DNA from: Rubripirellula sp.
Lineage (GTDB): Bacteria > Planctomycetota > Planctomycetia > Pirellulales > Pirellulaceae
Assembly: GCA_965216875.1 (NCBI GenBank)
Contig: OZ244207.1
Location: 7,168,001-7,232,000, forward strand
Direction of reading: 5' to 3'
Length of the DNA stretch: 64,000 nucleotides
In this document: piece after piece, positions 28,840 through 39,180 of the stretch
Numbering within the stretch: the first letter of the stretch is position 1
How the letters are laid out: the number at the start of each line of letters is the position of its first letter
Translations under genes and position numbers: made by a program
Notes under the pieces: model-generated
Seen by the model: the letters and a program-made list of their open reading frames with translations, nothing else
The model's database searches: none
What the model was told of the DNA's origin: nothing

Positions 28840-29460
28840 CTAGCGGTAGACCACGGCAAAGTAGACACCATCGCGACCGGTTGCCATTGCGGCTCCTGCG
28901 TATCGCATTCGACTGTCGCTGGTGAAGCATGCCGAGACCTTTGACGGTGAGTATGAACTGGACCAACCCACTCCTTCGTATCGGCCAGGAGCGAACGATC
29001 CAGGAGGATGATTTTTCAATCCACCCGCAGCCATCTTGCGGGCACGCCGTTCGGCAACCGCTTGCAACTGAGGGTCAAACACCAAGGCCCCCAGTCCGCG
29101 CTGGGCTCGTTGAGCGTTCAAGTTGCTGAGCACATTGACGACTCCGCCCGATGCTTGCATCGCGCTGCTGGCGGCAACCGGAACGCTCTGAATGACCGAA
29201 CCACCTTGAGACGTCGAACCACCGTCGACGTAGGTCACAGGCGCGATCGTCGTCGGTGTGGAGGCGACGGGTGTGGAGGCGACGGGTGTGACGCTGGCTT
29301 GCGTGGTGACCGGAGCGGTGACGTTGCGGTAGTGGATTTTGCCACATTGGGCGCAAACGTAGCTTTCTCGAATCGTCGTGGTTGACGTTGTCTGAGCTTG
29401 GCTGGCGGTGCCAGCGACGACGGCAAAAAGGGTGGCAATCAACAATGCAAACGAACGCAT
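28840..29460 (-). CDS. Secreted CAP/SCP domain protein
   Basis: Signal peptide; LNAQRAQRGLGALVFDPQLQAVAERRARKMA...H...EGVGW; Thr/Pro linker with a 15-nt tandem repeat. Confidence 0.8.
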   Translation of the reverse strand: MRSFALLIATLFAVVAGTASQAQTTSTTTIRESYVCAQCGKIHYRNVTAPVTTQASVTPVASTPVASTPTTIAPVTYVDGGSTSQGGSVIQSVPVAASSAMQASGGVVNVLSNLNAQRAQRGLGALVFDPQLQAVAERRARKMAAGGLKNHPPGSFAPGRYEGVGWSSSYSPSKVSACFTSDSRMRYAGAAMATGRDGVYFAVVYR

Positions 29461-29788
29461 CGGTCTCTCCTGACGAACAGCGTGACGCGACAACAAACGA
29501 GCCCCAAAACGCCTCGCTCTCGTTGTCCGGTCGAAGCCGGTTTTGCACCTAGCCAGTCCGGAATTAGGCAAGAGCGAGTCATGATTGGCGGCAAAGGATT
29601 CCCGATCCGATGTTCGGGAGGAAGGGGGTGGACGCGTGCTTTGGGGAGATTGGAGAGGGTGGGGTCTCGCGAAAGGCGTCTTTTGCCGTTTCGATCGATC
29701 AGAAAAAAGTTTTGTGAGCTTTTGCGTGATCTGTATTCCGCAGAACGTTCCGCGGCGTTTGCAAACCGTTGAGTGGAACGCCCGGCTT

Positions 29789-29918
29789 GTAGGCCGGATC
29801 AAAGGCCGATAGCGATACAGATCCGGCACGATCCTTCGGCAACCACGCTCTGGCGAGCGTAGCTACGTTGAGTGGAAGGCTTACCAGCTGCCCTGGTGCG
29901 TGCAAGCACACACCCTAC
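29789..29918. repeat. Composite REP cluster (families C, A, E)
   Basis: C 29789-29828, A inverted 29843-29866, E 29895-29918, just downstream of hisH. Confidence 0.85.
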
Positions 29919-29926
29919 TAAGTGGC

Positions 29927-30556
29927 TTACGCGAGGGCTTCGCTGGCGCTGGGAAGGTTCGCGAAAGCGTTCAAGAGCTTCAGCCCATCGGCTTGGCTTT
30001 TTTCGGGGTGGAACTGGGTGGCGAACAAATTGTCTTTCCAGACCATCGCACAGAACGGCCCGCCATAGTCGCACTCAAGAGCGACCACATCGGGATCACT
30101 TGGACGCACGTAGTAGCTGTGGACGAAGTAAAAGTGGGTGCCATCGGCCAGTTCGCTCAGGAGAGGCGCGTCGCTTTTCTTCGTGACCGTGTTCCAGCCC
30201 ATGTGGGGAACCTTCATGGTGTCGGGCAATTCAAACCGCACGACATCGCCTTGAAGAATCCCCAGACCTTCGTGTTCGCCATGCTCCAGACCTCGTTCGA
30301 AGAGCAATTGCAATCCCAAACAAATGCCGAGGAAGGGGCGACCTGAGGCAACGAAATCAATGATCGGCTGAGCCAGATCACGACGACGGATTTCGGCCAT
30401 CGCATCGCCGAACGCGCCGACGCCTGGCAGGATCAGCTTTTCAGCTTCGGCGATTTCTTTGGGGTCGGAACTGATACGGGCCTGGCCGCCGATCTTCTCG
30501 ATTCCCTTTTGCACACTACGCAGATTTCCCATCTGGTAGTCGACGATCGTGATCAT
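29927..30556 (-). CDS. hisH: Imidazole glycerol phosphate synthase glutaminase subunit
   Basis: IVDYQMGNLRSV; LPGVGAF; GICLGLQ; KVPHMGWN; YFVHSYY; QFHPEKS. Confidence 0.97.
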   Translation of the reverse strand: MITIVDYQMGNLRSVQKGIEKIGGQARISSDPKEIAEAEKLILPGVGAFGDAMAEIRRRDLAQPIIDFVASGRPFLGICLGLQLLFERGLEHGEHEGLGILQGDVVRFELPDTMKVPHMGWNTVTKKSDAPLLSELADGTHFYFVHSYYVRPSDPDVVALECDYGGPFCAMVWKDNLFATQFHPEKSQADGLKLLNAFANLPSASEALA

Positions 30557-30772
30557 GGTTTTGGTCAATTCTGGTTCATCGGAACCGCCGGCGAGGGGCG
30601 GCGTGGAAGGGGCAATCAGTAGGTTAACTCAAAGGGGCAGAAACCGAATGGGGGCAACAGGTTCGGTTTGCGTTGGCAAAATGGGTTTGGCCGTCTAACA
30701 TCGTGCGATATCGCCCTGATAGAAGGCCTGATCGCCAGTTTGTTCCCTCGATTTGATCCATTTGGCAACCTG

Positions 30773-31120
30773 ATGAGCCACTCGCTCGACCCCATCGCTC
30801 GACTGATGCAGACCCTCGCCGAGCGAGCCGAAACCCGGCCTGAGGGGTCCTATACAACCAAGTTGCTTGATGGTGGCGTCGAAAAGATCGGTAGCAAGAT
30901 CCGCGAGGAAGCTGCCGAGATGATCGAGGCTGCCGCAGAACAGGGCGACGCGGGACGGGACCACTTTGTTTACGAAGCGGGGGACCTGATCTACCACACC
31001 CTCGTGCTGCTCGCTTGGCGTGGGGTCGACATTTCCGAGGTCGCAAATGAACTCGCGCGACGCGAGGGGACGAGCGGTCTCGTCGAAAAAGCCAGCCGAA
31101 ATCAACCCAACCCCGAATGA
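30773..31120 (+). CDS. hisE: Phosphoribosyl-ATP diphosphatase
   Basis: SYTTKLL...KIREEAAE...EAGDLIYH...ELARREG.SGL. Confidence 0.95.
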   Translation: MSHSLDPIARLMQTLAERAETRPEGSYTTKLLDGGVEKIGSKIREEAAEMIEAAAEQGDAGRDHFVYEAGDLIYHTLVLLAWRGVDISEVANELARREGTSGLVEKASRNQPNPE

Positions 31121-31161
31121 CCTGAAACGGTCCACGGACCAATCAAGCCGGAAACACACCG

Positions 31162-32022
31162 TTGAACTCAAAAGAAAACCTCCGCATTGGATTGCCAAGC
31201 AAAGGACGACTCAGCGAAGTCGCGGGCGATCTACTCAAGCAGGCTGGCCTGCGCTATAGCCGCCAAAGCCGTGGCTTATTTGCCAAAGTCAGTGGCCTGC
31301 CGATCGACCTGATCTTCCTACGCACCGACGACATCCCCACGCTTTGCGCCGAAGGTGCGATCGACATGGGAATCACCGGCAGCGACTTGGTCGCCGAATC
31401 GAACGGTGACGTCAACGTTCGCATGAACCTTGGGGTTGGCCGATGTCGCTTGGCCGTCTGCGTCCCCGATGATTCCGAGTACACATCGCCCTCGCAGCTT
31501 GACGGGAAGAGTTTGGCGACGAGCTTTCCCAACATCACCGAGACCTATTTGCAAAAGCACGGCGCCGCGGCACATCTGGTTTCGCTTTCGGGAAGCGTCG
31601 AGGTGATGATTCAACTTGGCGTTGCCGACGCGATCGTCGACTTGGTCGAAACGGGCAGCACGTTGGCCGCCAATCGCTTGCGAATTCTTGACGAGATCGG
31701 TTCCTACGAAACGGTGCTGATCCAAAACGAGCGTTGCCGCGACAGTGAAACGGCTGATCGCGTCGTCAGGCGGCTTGAGGGTGTTGTGATCGCGCGCGAT
31801 TACTCGCTGCTGGAGTACAACATTCCAAAAGCAAAGTTGTCCGACGCCGAAGCGATCACGCCAGGATTCAATTCGCCAACGGTCAACGCTCTGGAAGATC
31901 CAGATTGGTGTAGCGTGAGTGTGATGGTCAAACGCAAAGAAGTGATCGGCGTGATGGAGCAACTTGAGTCGCTCGGCGCATCGGCCATCTTCGAGATGAC
32001 CATCTCGAATTGCCGCCTGTAG
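31162..32022 (+). CDS. hisG: ATP phosphoribosyltransferase (long form)
   Basis: IGLPSKGRL; RTDDIP; GITGSD; GSVE; DAIVDLVETGSTL; C-terminal regulatory domain. Confidence 0.97.
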   Translation: MNSKENLRIGLPSKGRLSEVAGDLLKQAGLRYSRQSRGLFAKVSGLPIDLIFLRTDDIPTLCAEGAIDMGITGSDLVAESNGDVNVRMNLGVGRCRLAVCVPDDSEYTSPSQLDGKSLATSFPNITETYLQKHGAAAHLVSLSGSVEVMIQLGVADAIVDLVETGSTLAANRLRILDEIGSYETVLIQNERCRDSETADRVVRRLEGVVIARDYSLLEYNIPKAKLSDAEAITPGFNSPTVNALEDPDWCSVSVMVKRKEVIGVMEQLESLGASAIFEMTISNCRL

Positions 32023-32050
32023 GTCACGCGCGACAGGCCCGCCGCGACCA

Positions 32051-32228
32051 GTGAGCCGTACGCGCTAGCGTCGGGCCTTTCGAGATGCGCGAAAAGCCCG
32101 GCCGCTTACGCGATCGCGGCTCACAATCGGTTCGTCATCCCGCCTGGAGGCGGAATGGTTGAAGATTCCGGCTAAAGCTCGGTACTACGAACGGTGTGTA
32201 AGGCCCGACGCTAGCGAGTTCGGCTCAC
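32051..32228. repeat. Composite REP cluster: inverted family B copies flanking family D
   Basis: gtgagccgtacgcgctagcgtcgggcc ... ggcccgacgctagcgagttcggctcac, between convergent genes. Confidence 0.8.
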
Positions 32229-32242
32229 AAGAAAACAGGCCA

Positions 32243-33883
32243 CTAGGAACTGAACAGCGATGCGATCGTCTTCGCAACACGTTTGGGGTCGGCACCTTCG
32301 ACTTCTTCATCGATCTCGTTGAGCCAGTCGATGGCTTCTTTTCGATGTTCGTCAGTGGCTTTGGGTGCAAGCGCTTGGTAGGCCGCCTTGGCTGCTTCGG
32401 TTGCGGGCGCATCCATTGGCATCGCAAAGGCAGCCAGTTTGTTGGCCAGTGAAAAGGGGAACTCATCGAAGGTGTAGCTTCGGTTTTTGGCGTTGTAGCG
32501 AATGACCAGTTTGTCGTCCCCTTTTTCGACCACGATCACGCGGAAGGAATCGGTGACGGCAAAGTCGTTGCCAACCACAAGCGAATCAACACCGCGTTCG
32601 ATTCCACCGCGATAGTACGAAGCCAGTTCGGCCAGTTCGTAAAGCGCTTCAGCTCTCTCTTTTTGCGCTTTGTTCAGCGAGGATTCGGTTAGCTTCTCCG
32701 CTGCCGACTTCATCTCTTTCCAATTCGCTGTCCGAAGCAATTCTTCGACCTTTTGAATCGATTCATCTGCGGCGGCAACCATTTCGTCGGTCATTTCACC
32801 CGGTGGCGTGGGCGCGGGAGTCTCGACTTTTGGTGGTTGAGCGGGAGGGTTGTTGTCGGACGCACCGGTCATCTCGGCGATCATCGACGGCGATGGTGAC
32901 TGATTGTTGGTCTCCGTCATCTCCGGTTTGTCGAGCAAAGATCGACCGGGACGCGAGGGGCCTGCGTTGTCACCACCGGGCGGCGGAACGTTGTCGCCAG
33001 CCATCGTTCCCATCACGGGATCGAGCGGTCGAGGTTGAGCAACCGTTGGCTGCGCGCCATTGGTTTGATCGGCGTCCGGGGCAACGACCTCGGGCGCGTT
33101 CTGTCCTACGGAGATCGCCACACCATCGTTGGATTGAGTGACGGCAACGGTGCCACCACGAAGCAACACGAAAGCCATCACGCCAATCAGGCCCATCATG
33201 CAAACGGCGAAAAAGAAAAACATCAACACGCCAAGCGGAGACGTTCGTCGACGCGACGATTGACGTGTCGGTTGTTTGACCACGACCGAACTCATCGCTC
33301 CCGCTGGACCGGTTCCGGCAGGGCTGGCGACTTCGGTTGCAATGACGGGAGCCTCTTGTTGTGGCGTCCCAAAGACTCCTGGCGGCATCGCGGTTGGTGG
33401 TTCGGCGACGGCTGAAGGCGGTGCCCCCGTTGGGCTTTGCGCCGGTGCGTTTGACGCCAGCGGGTTTGACGGTGGCAACACCGCGGCAAGCGGATCGCTT
33501 GTCGGCAACACAGCGCTCAAGGGGTCTTTGCTAGGCGGTGCCGGTGGAGGCGGCGCGACGGGCCCAGCGGGTTCGGCTGGCGCGGTGGGGATGTCTACGA
33601 TTCCAAAGCGAGCATCAAGTTGCGACTTGAGCTTTGGATCGCTGAGTACTTGATTGGCTTGTTGGACCAACTTGGCGGCAAGTGCCCAGGTCTTGGAGTC
33701 CGTCGACGCCTTGGAGTCCTTGAGACGTTGGACGGTTTCCTTGACCGCTTGCTTGATCACTTCCGGATCGCTCTCGCCGACCTCAAGCCCAAACACTTGA
33801 TAGGCGTGAGGCTGTTTGGTCCCTTCGGGGATCGGCAGCAATTGGTGGATCGTCACTGTGTCAGCTTGCGTTTGTTGGGGCAA
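32243..33883 (-). CDS. Bitopic membrane protein with N-terminal J-domain-like region (no HPD) and Pro-rich linkers
   Basis: YQVFGL...IKQA...ANQVLSDPKLKSQLD; TM LGVLMFFFFAVCMMGLIGVMAFVLL. Confidence 0.75.
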   Translation of the reverse strand: MPQQTQADTVTIHQLLPIPEGTKQPHAYQVFGLEVGESDPEVIKQAVKETVQRLKDSKASTDSKTWALAAKLVQQANQVLSDPKLKSQLDARFGIVDIPTAPAEPAGPVAPPPPAPPSKDPLSAVLPTSDPLAAVLPPSNPLASNAPAQSPTGAPPSAVAEPPTAMPPGVFGTPQQEAPVIATEVASPAGTGPAGAMSSVVVKQPTRQSSRRRTSPLGVLMFFFFAVCMMGLIGVMAFVLLRGGTVAVTQSNDGVAISVGQNAPEVVAPDADQTNGAQPTVAQPRPLDPVMGTMAGDNVPPPGGDNAGPSRPGRSLLDKPEMTETNNQSPSPSMIAEMTGASDNNPPAQPPKVETPAPTPPGEMTDEMVAAADESIQKVEELLRTANWKEMKSAAEKLTESSLNKAQKERAEALYELAELASYYRGGIERGVDSLVVGNDFAVTDSFRVIVVEKGDDKLVIRYNAKNRSYTFDEFPFSLANKLAAFAMPMDAPATEAAKAAYQALAPKATDEHRKEAIDWLNEIDEEVEGADPKRVAKTIASLFSS

Positions 33884-34144
33884 TCATCCGTCGACCGAGA
33901 GCTGATATCGCTCTCTTGATAGACGAATCGATGGGGGCGCCGGTTTCCTCAAAAGGACCAAAATCCGTGATGGAGCGGAGCCACAATGGGGCGGATACTA
34001 AATTTTGGCTTGGAGCTGGCCGTTTTGTCACCTCTTTTCAAGCCAAAACCATAGGCTTCGTTACGTATAACGTCAGGCGCTAACGGCTATTAGGCTCATC
34101 GGCGTCAATCTTGCCAGATGGCCGAAATGCCGGCCAAATCCCGC

Positions 34145-34963
34145 TCAGAATCTTGCCAAATCGAGCAGCCCACGGCAAACCAGATTGTCGATTTGGTGGC
34201 ATTCTCGACGCAGCATGGGGGCGATCGAGCGACTGTCACCGCCAGTGACCACCCAGCGGACCGCACTGGAATCGAGGCCCGCGGCGTCGCAATAGGCGAC
34301 CGCGAGCCGCTCGATGCTCGCTGCACTGCCCATCATGACCCCCAGCCGAATCGCATCGACGGTGTTTTTCGCTGGTGCCACCAGCGGAGCATCGCTGTGG
34401 AAATCGATCTTCGGCAACGCATCGGTGCCAGAGGCGAGCGCCGCGACCTGCATCGTCAGACCGGGCAGGATTGCTCCGCCACCAAAGGCTCCCTCGGCGT
34501 CGACCCAATCGACGGTAATCGCCGAACCTGCATCGATCACGACGATGGGCCCACCGTATCGATTGGCTGCGGCGTAAGCGCCGACCAGCCGATCGATGCC
34601 GAGGCGATCTGGATGATCCACATGGACCTTCATGGGCACGTCGGTACGGGAGACCAACTGAACCTCTGTTTCGCGTCCAGCCGTTTCGACCACGGCCCGA
34701 AGTTCCTTTCCAGCGCGATCGTGAACCGAGGCGACGCGCCAAGAAACCTCGTTTTGCGTGCGCGAGTCGACCCAAGCGATGATCGAGCGGTGCCAATCTT
34801 CCTGTTCCAATCGGACCGACATCTCGTCCAACAAAGACGCCGGTTCGTCAGCCGCGCTGCTTGAAGCATCCGAAGCGTTCAGCTGACCCAAGTCGCTCGA
34901 CTGGGCAAGACAAACCTTCGCAGCCGAGTTGCCAACGTCCACCGCGACGACGTGCTCGCTCAC
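34145..34963 (-). CDS. coaX: Type III pantothenate kinase
   Basis: [34 protein letters not shown]. Confidence 0.95.
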   Translation of the reverse strand: MSEHVVAVDVGNSAAKVCLAQSSDLGQLNASDASSSAADEPASLLDEMSVRLEQEDWHRSIIAWVDSRTQNEVSWRVASVHDRAGKELRAVVETAGRETEVQLVSRTDVPMKVHVDHPDRLGIDRLVGAYAAANRYGGPIVVIDAGSAITVDWVDAEGAFGGGAILPGLTMQVAALASGTDALPKIDFHSDAPLVAPAKNTVDAIRLGVMMGSAASIERLAVAYCDAAGLDSSAVRWVVTGGDSRSIAPMLRRECHQIDNLVCRGLLDLARF

Positions 34964-36126
34964 GATTGGTCCTCGAGCTTCGAATCGTCAAAGTCTTTGG
35001 CTTGCATGTCATTTGAAAGCGACGCCGTGGGGCCTGCGAGATGGGGTGGGACTCGCCGTGGACGCTTGTTCGATTTGGCTTTGACGTCGGATTCGCGAAG
35101 CGGCGTTACTTCTTCGCCAGCATCGAGCATTGCTTCGCGACGCTCTTCAACACGTGCGGCGACTTCTTCGGTCAGTTCTTTCAAGCCATCGCCGGTCATC
35201 GCGCTAATCAGAAAAACGTCGCGCCCGGTCTGCTCGGCGAGTTGTTGTCGGACGTCGTCGGCACCGTCGAGTTCACTTTTGGTGACAACGATGATCTCTT
35301 CGCGCTCGGCAAGCGATTGATCGTATTCGGCAAGTTCGGTCCGAATCGCATTGTAGTTTTCGATCGGATCGGTTTCGTCGATCGGAGCCGGTTCAACGAG
35401 GTGCACCAAAAGTCCGGCGCGTTCAACGTGACGCAAAAACTCGTGGCCCAAGCCAACACCGTCACTTGCGCCTTCGATCAAACCAGGGATGTCGGCAAGC
35501 ACGAACGAACGTTCGGTGGTGACATCGACGATGCCAAGGTTGGGATGCTTGGTCGTGAAGGGATAATCAGCAATCTCGGGGCGAGCGCTGCTGATGCGGC
35601 TCAGCAGCGTACTCTTACCGGCGTTTGGTTTTCCGACCAAACCAACATCGGCAATCGACTTGAGTTCAAGAATCACCAAACGCATTTCGCCCGGTTCGCC
35701 GAGTGTTCGATTGCGCGGTGTCTGATTCGTACTGCTTTTGAAGTGGGCGTTTCCTTTGCCACCTTTGCCGCCCCGCGCAACAACGAACTCCTCGCCCGGC
35801 GTGGTCAGGTCCTTGATGACGAATCCTTGTTCGGCATCAATGACGGTGGTCCCAGGAGGCACCAGTAGACGTTCGTCTTTGCCTTTGCGGCCGTGTCGAA
35901 GCGAGCCCATTCCGGGCTGGCCTTTTTGGGCGCGATACATGCGCCGGTTGGCATAGGCGGCGAGACTGTTGACGCCGATGCGGGCTTCCAAAATGATGCT
36001 CGCGCCGTGTCCCCCATCCCCACCATCGGGACCGCCACGCGGCACGTACTTTTCACGCCGCATGCTCATGCAACCATCCCCGCCTTTACCTGCCTGCAGT
36101 TCGATTTGGACGCGGTCAACAAACAT
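34960..36126 (-). CDS. obgE: GTPase ObgE/CgtA
   Basis: [36 protein letters not shown]. Confidence 0.97.
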   Translation of the reverse strand: MFVDRVQIELQAGKGGDGCMSMRREKYVPRGGPDGGDGGHGASIILEARIGVNSLAAYANRRMYRAQKGQPGMGSLRHGRKGKDERLLVPPGTTVIDAEQGFVIKDLTTPGEEFVVARGGKGGKGNAHFKSSTNQTPRNRTLGEPGEMRLVILELKSIADVGLVGKPNAGKSTLLSRISSARPEIADYPFTTKHPNLGIVDVTTERSFVLADIPGLIEGASDGVGLGHEFLRHVERAGLLVHLVEPAPIDETDPIENYNAIRTELAEYDQSLAEREEIIVVTKSELDGADDVRQQLAEQTGRDVFLISAMTGDGLKELTEEVAARVEERREAMLDAGEEVTPLRESDVKAKSNKRPRRVPPHLAGPTASLSNDMQAKDFDDSKLEDQS

Positions 36127-36168
36127 GATGCATTGAATGAGTTTGAAAGGTGTTGGGTTGGTTCGCCC

Positions 36169-36295
36169 CAAAACGTCCCGGCTCGCCGTCAAAACGTCCC
36201 GGCTCGCCGTCAAAACGTCCCAGCTCGCTGCCAAAAGGAACTCGGTTTGCCGTCAGTCGGACCCGGCTCGCCGTCAAATGGACCCCGTTTGACGC
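36169..36295. repeat. Tandem array of six ~21-bp units (CAAAACGTCCCGGCTCGCCGT) upstream of obgE
   Basis: Two perfect copies (36169-36210), one near-perfect (36211-36231), three degenerate. Confidence 0.85.
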
Positions 36296-36574
36296 TGGGT
36301 GGTTCCGGCGAATGGGCTCTCAGTATGCCGTCGAACGGGCACAGTCGGGTTGTGATGGGTCTGCCGCAACACAAGATGACGACCAATCAGAAGAATTGAG
36401 CGACAACCCCGCCGGGGCGGCCAACGCAAAGACGTCACGGTGTTCAACAAGCGACGCCTCGGCAAAGGAGAGACGCGGAAGCTTGAACGACAACCATTCC
36501 ACCCCACTGGCCAGTCGATCCCGAAGGGCAATCCTCTGCCCCCGATGTCATCTGCCGAGGCGGAACGCTGCAAC

Positions 36575-37561
36575 TTAGCGGAACAACCAGCGATAGTCGA
36601 GACGCTCGTCGACGCCGTATCGCTGGAGGATGTAGGCCTGCTGGCCCTGTTCTTCGTAGGCGGGAACGCCAAAGCGGATGCGGTCGCCGGTTTGCCGCAT
36701 CGTGTCACCGGGACGGAAGAAGTTCAGTTGCAGTGCCTTGCGGCGGTATGGGGCGTCGTCCCCTTCGCCATCTTGCTCGAAAGCGTTGGTCAGGCCATAG
36801 ACTTCGACCGAAAAGAAGTCGAGGTTCGGGTCGACGTCTTCCCAGGTCGCGACGCCCCAAACACCTGGCGACGCTGGGTCGCTGCTAAAGGGAATCGCTT
36901 GTTTCGAGATATCGACGGTATTGTGCAGCGGAGCGGTGATCTGCTCGCGAATCGCGATCTTCTCGGTCGCGGTTGGCAAGATTCGGTCGACGTATTGTTT
37001 GCCTGTCAGATGGTTGCTCAGCACAAACATTGGAAAGAAGCGTCGGGTGTCGTAGTGGATCTGCTCGACGCGTTTGTAGATGGGCACACCGGCCACTTGG
37101 TCGACGGCGGGACGCAGGTCGCCGCCGCGGTAGCGAACGCGATAGACCATGTACCAAATCAGCTTTCGCTGCATTCGCCCGTCGGGACGGGGAATGTCGA
37201 TGTACATCTGACGCATCGGTTTGAACGAGAACTCGAAGCAATAGATTTCGCGTCGCAAAATCACCTGCTTGGCCATTTCAACGAGCGTGCGGCTGCGTGG
37301 ATCGTAATGGGGTTCGCCGTCAGGATGGGTCTCGCCACCCCACTGAATTTCGGGATAGGCGTCCATCAGCGTTTGAAGGGTTTGCGGCCCATCAAAGGTC
37401 TCTCTGGGCTCTGCGGCCGGCGGGATCACCGTCACCACACCCGGGGCAAACTCGGTCTGTTCCGTCGTCGACGGATCCTTCTTCTTTTCGTCCTGTGCCG
37501 AAACAGTAGCAACGCAGGAAAACGCGAGCGTTAGGGCGACAAAGAATCGTGAAAAGAGCAT
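36575..37561 (-). CDS. Secreted hypothetical protein
   Basis: Signal peptide ending VSA-QD; aromatic-rich globular domain (IWYMVYRV, WGVATWEDVDP, GLTNA, FFRPGD). Confidence 0.8.
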   Translation of the reverse strand: MLFSRFFVALTLAFSCVATVSAQDEKKKDPSTTEQTEFAPGVVTVIPPAAEPRETFDGPQTLQTLMDAYPEIQWGGETHPDGEPHYDPRSRTLVEMAKQVILRREIYCFEFSFKPMRQMYIDIPRPDGRMQRKLIWYMVYRVRYRGGDLRPAVDQVAGVPIYKRVEQIHYDTRRFFPMFVLSNHLTGKQYVDRILPTATEKIAIREQITAPLHNTVDISKQAIPFSSDPASPGVWGVATWEDVDPNLDFFSVEVYGLTNAFEQDGEGDDAPYRRKALQLNFFRPGDTMRQTGDRIRFGVPAYEEQGQQAYILQRYGVDERLDYRWLFR

Positions 37562-37698
37562 GTTTGGATCCGTAATCGTTCAAAGCTGGATGTCAGCAAA
37601 TGGGGCCCGCAGGGCGAAACCGGAGCCTGATGGAGGCTGTATCGGGGGCGCAGAACGCGTCCGCATCAAATGAGGGCACCCGTAAATTGTAATTCGAT

Positions 37699-39180
37699 TT
37701 ATTCACTTGCGTTTTTTTCTTCCGCAGGATTCCGGCTGGCAGTCCGGGCCGCTGGCGTTGACGGTTCGGCCGACGAGACCGCGGTTTCGGACTCTGGCGA
37801 GGGGGTCGGAGCCGCGTCGAGACGCATCGAGCTGGCCAGTTGGATGTCGGAACCAGCAAATTGGCGGATGTTTTCGCCCTCCATCGTGAAGGTGGCCAAC
37901 AGGCGTCGACCGCTGTCATCGGAGAAATGCATCAACACCCACTGGATCGGTACCCCCAGGACGGAGCCCGCCGCGGTGATTCTCAGCACCCGCAGCCCGC
38001 TGTCGCTGACGCGTTGGTCCGCTTCGATCAGCTCGCTCAACTGCTCGCCGAGTGTCCGCTGCACATCTTCCTGGAACGCCTCGAGCGTCCACTGTTGACC
38101 AGGCGATAGGGCCGCCAGCGGACGAACGTCGCATTGGGCGATGCTGCGATCCGAATCGATCATCCGCATCATCGCCGAGCCGGGCACGTCCTTCATCATT
38201 CGCCACTGACGCGGCATCATCGCGTTGAATTGAAGCGACTTACTGCCCAGTTCCACGTACAGGCGATCGGCGGGAACGGGCTGGGTGAAATTGATCGGGG
38301 CCGGTTTGGGCGACAGGGCAATCGCATTGTCGAGGGGTCGCCGCAACAGTTTGACGGTCGCTTGGATGTCAAACCCGGGCTCGCTCTTGCTGATTTCGCG
38401 CGTCTCATGCAGACCCAAAGCGAACCAAGTGCATGTCCCCAGAGTTCGATCGAAGGTCAGTTTTCCGATCAGGCGAATGACCGTTGGCACGCCATCGACC
38501 GATGCATCGACTTTGCCTTTGAGTTCCATCGTTGCGGTCGCCTCACTGATCGACGTCACCGTGATGGAAACTTCGTTGGCATCCACCGCAGTCAGGTTCA
38601 AAACGGAACCGATCGCGTCACCGCTCGGTGAGTACACGCTTCCTTGGGAGACCGCTTCGGTTGGCAGAAGTTGGTCGACCGCCACGCTCGCTGCGGGAAC
38701 GCGAAGCAACTCGAGTTCGGGTTGCTTGAAGTAATCGTCCACCGAGTAGATCACTTCAGGCAGTGTTTCGCGGCGCACGACGACCTCGCGTGCCGCCGGA
38801 CGCAGTTGACTGCTAATCGCCCGTTGGTTCACCGTGCCAGCACTTTTGGCTTCGTGATAGTAACGCTCGGCAAACGTGATCGGCGAAGCTGGGTCGGCAT
38901 CCTTGGGAAGCCTCAGACGCTCCTCGTAGTCAAACACCGCTTTGCTTTCGAGCGGTAGTTTCATCCGGCTCTTTCGCGACACCAACGCGTTTTCGGGAAC
39001 GTTGATGTTGCCGGCAACCTCCATTTCGAGGCGAACACGAAACAGGTCGTTTTGCCCACTTGGTCGCAGCAGAACCGAGTCGCCGTCAGCGGCAGACGCT
39101 TTGCCCCCGACACCGCTGGCAGCAATCGCGGCGGAGGCAAGCAGGAACTGACGGCGCGTTGTGTTTAATTCTTGTCCCAT
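37699..39180 (-). CDS. Tat-exported hypothetical protein
   Basis: TRRQFLLASAAIAA twin-arginine signal; 493-aa frame. Confidence 0.8.
   Translation of the reverse strand: MGQELNTTRRQFLLASAAIAASGVGGKASAADGDSVLLRPSGQNDLFRVRLEMEVAGNINVPENALVSRKSRMKLPLESKAVFDYEERLRLPKDADPASPITFAERYYHEAKSAGTVNQRAISSQLRPAAREVVVRRETLPEVIYSVDDYFKQPELELLRVPAASVAVDQLLPTEAVSQGSVYSPSGDAIGSVLNLTAVDANEVSITVTSISEATATMELKGKVDASVDGVPTVIRLIGKLTFDRTLGTCTWFALGLHETREISKSEPGFDIQATVKLLRRPLDNAIALSPKPAPINFTQPVPADRLYVELGSKSLQFNAMMPRQWRMMKDVPGSAMMRMIDSDRSIAQCDVRPLAALSPGQQWTLEAFQEDVQRTLGEQLSELIEADQRVSDSGLRVLRITAAGSVLGVPIQWVLMHFSDDSGRRLLATFTMEGENIRQFAGSDIQLASSMRLDAAPTPSPESETAVSSAEPSTPAARTASRNPAEEKNASE

Noticed and set aside
29461..29829. 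Long N-terminal extension of the CAP ORF
   Set aside because: Runs through promoter and REP sequence; the signal peptide and GGAG RBS support the start at 29460.
36169..36295. Possible CRISPR array, or N-terminal extension of ObgE (DVLTASR repeats in ORF 34960-36234)
   Set aside because: Units are contiguous with no unique spacers and no cas genes; ObgE homology starts at MFVD (36126).
36440..37534. 364-aa plus-strand ORF
   Set aside because: Antisense to a signal-peptide-bearing gene that fits the minus-strand gene run.
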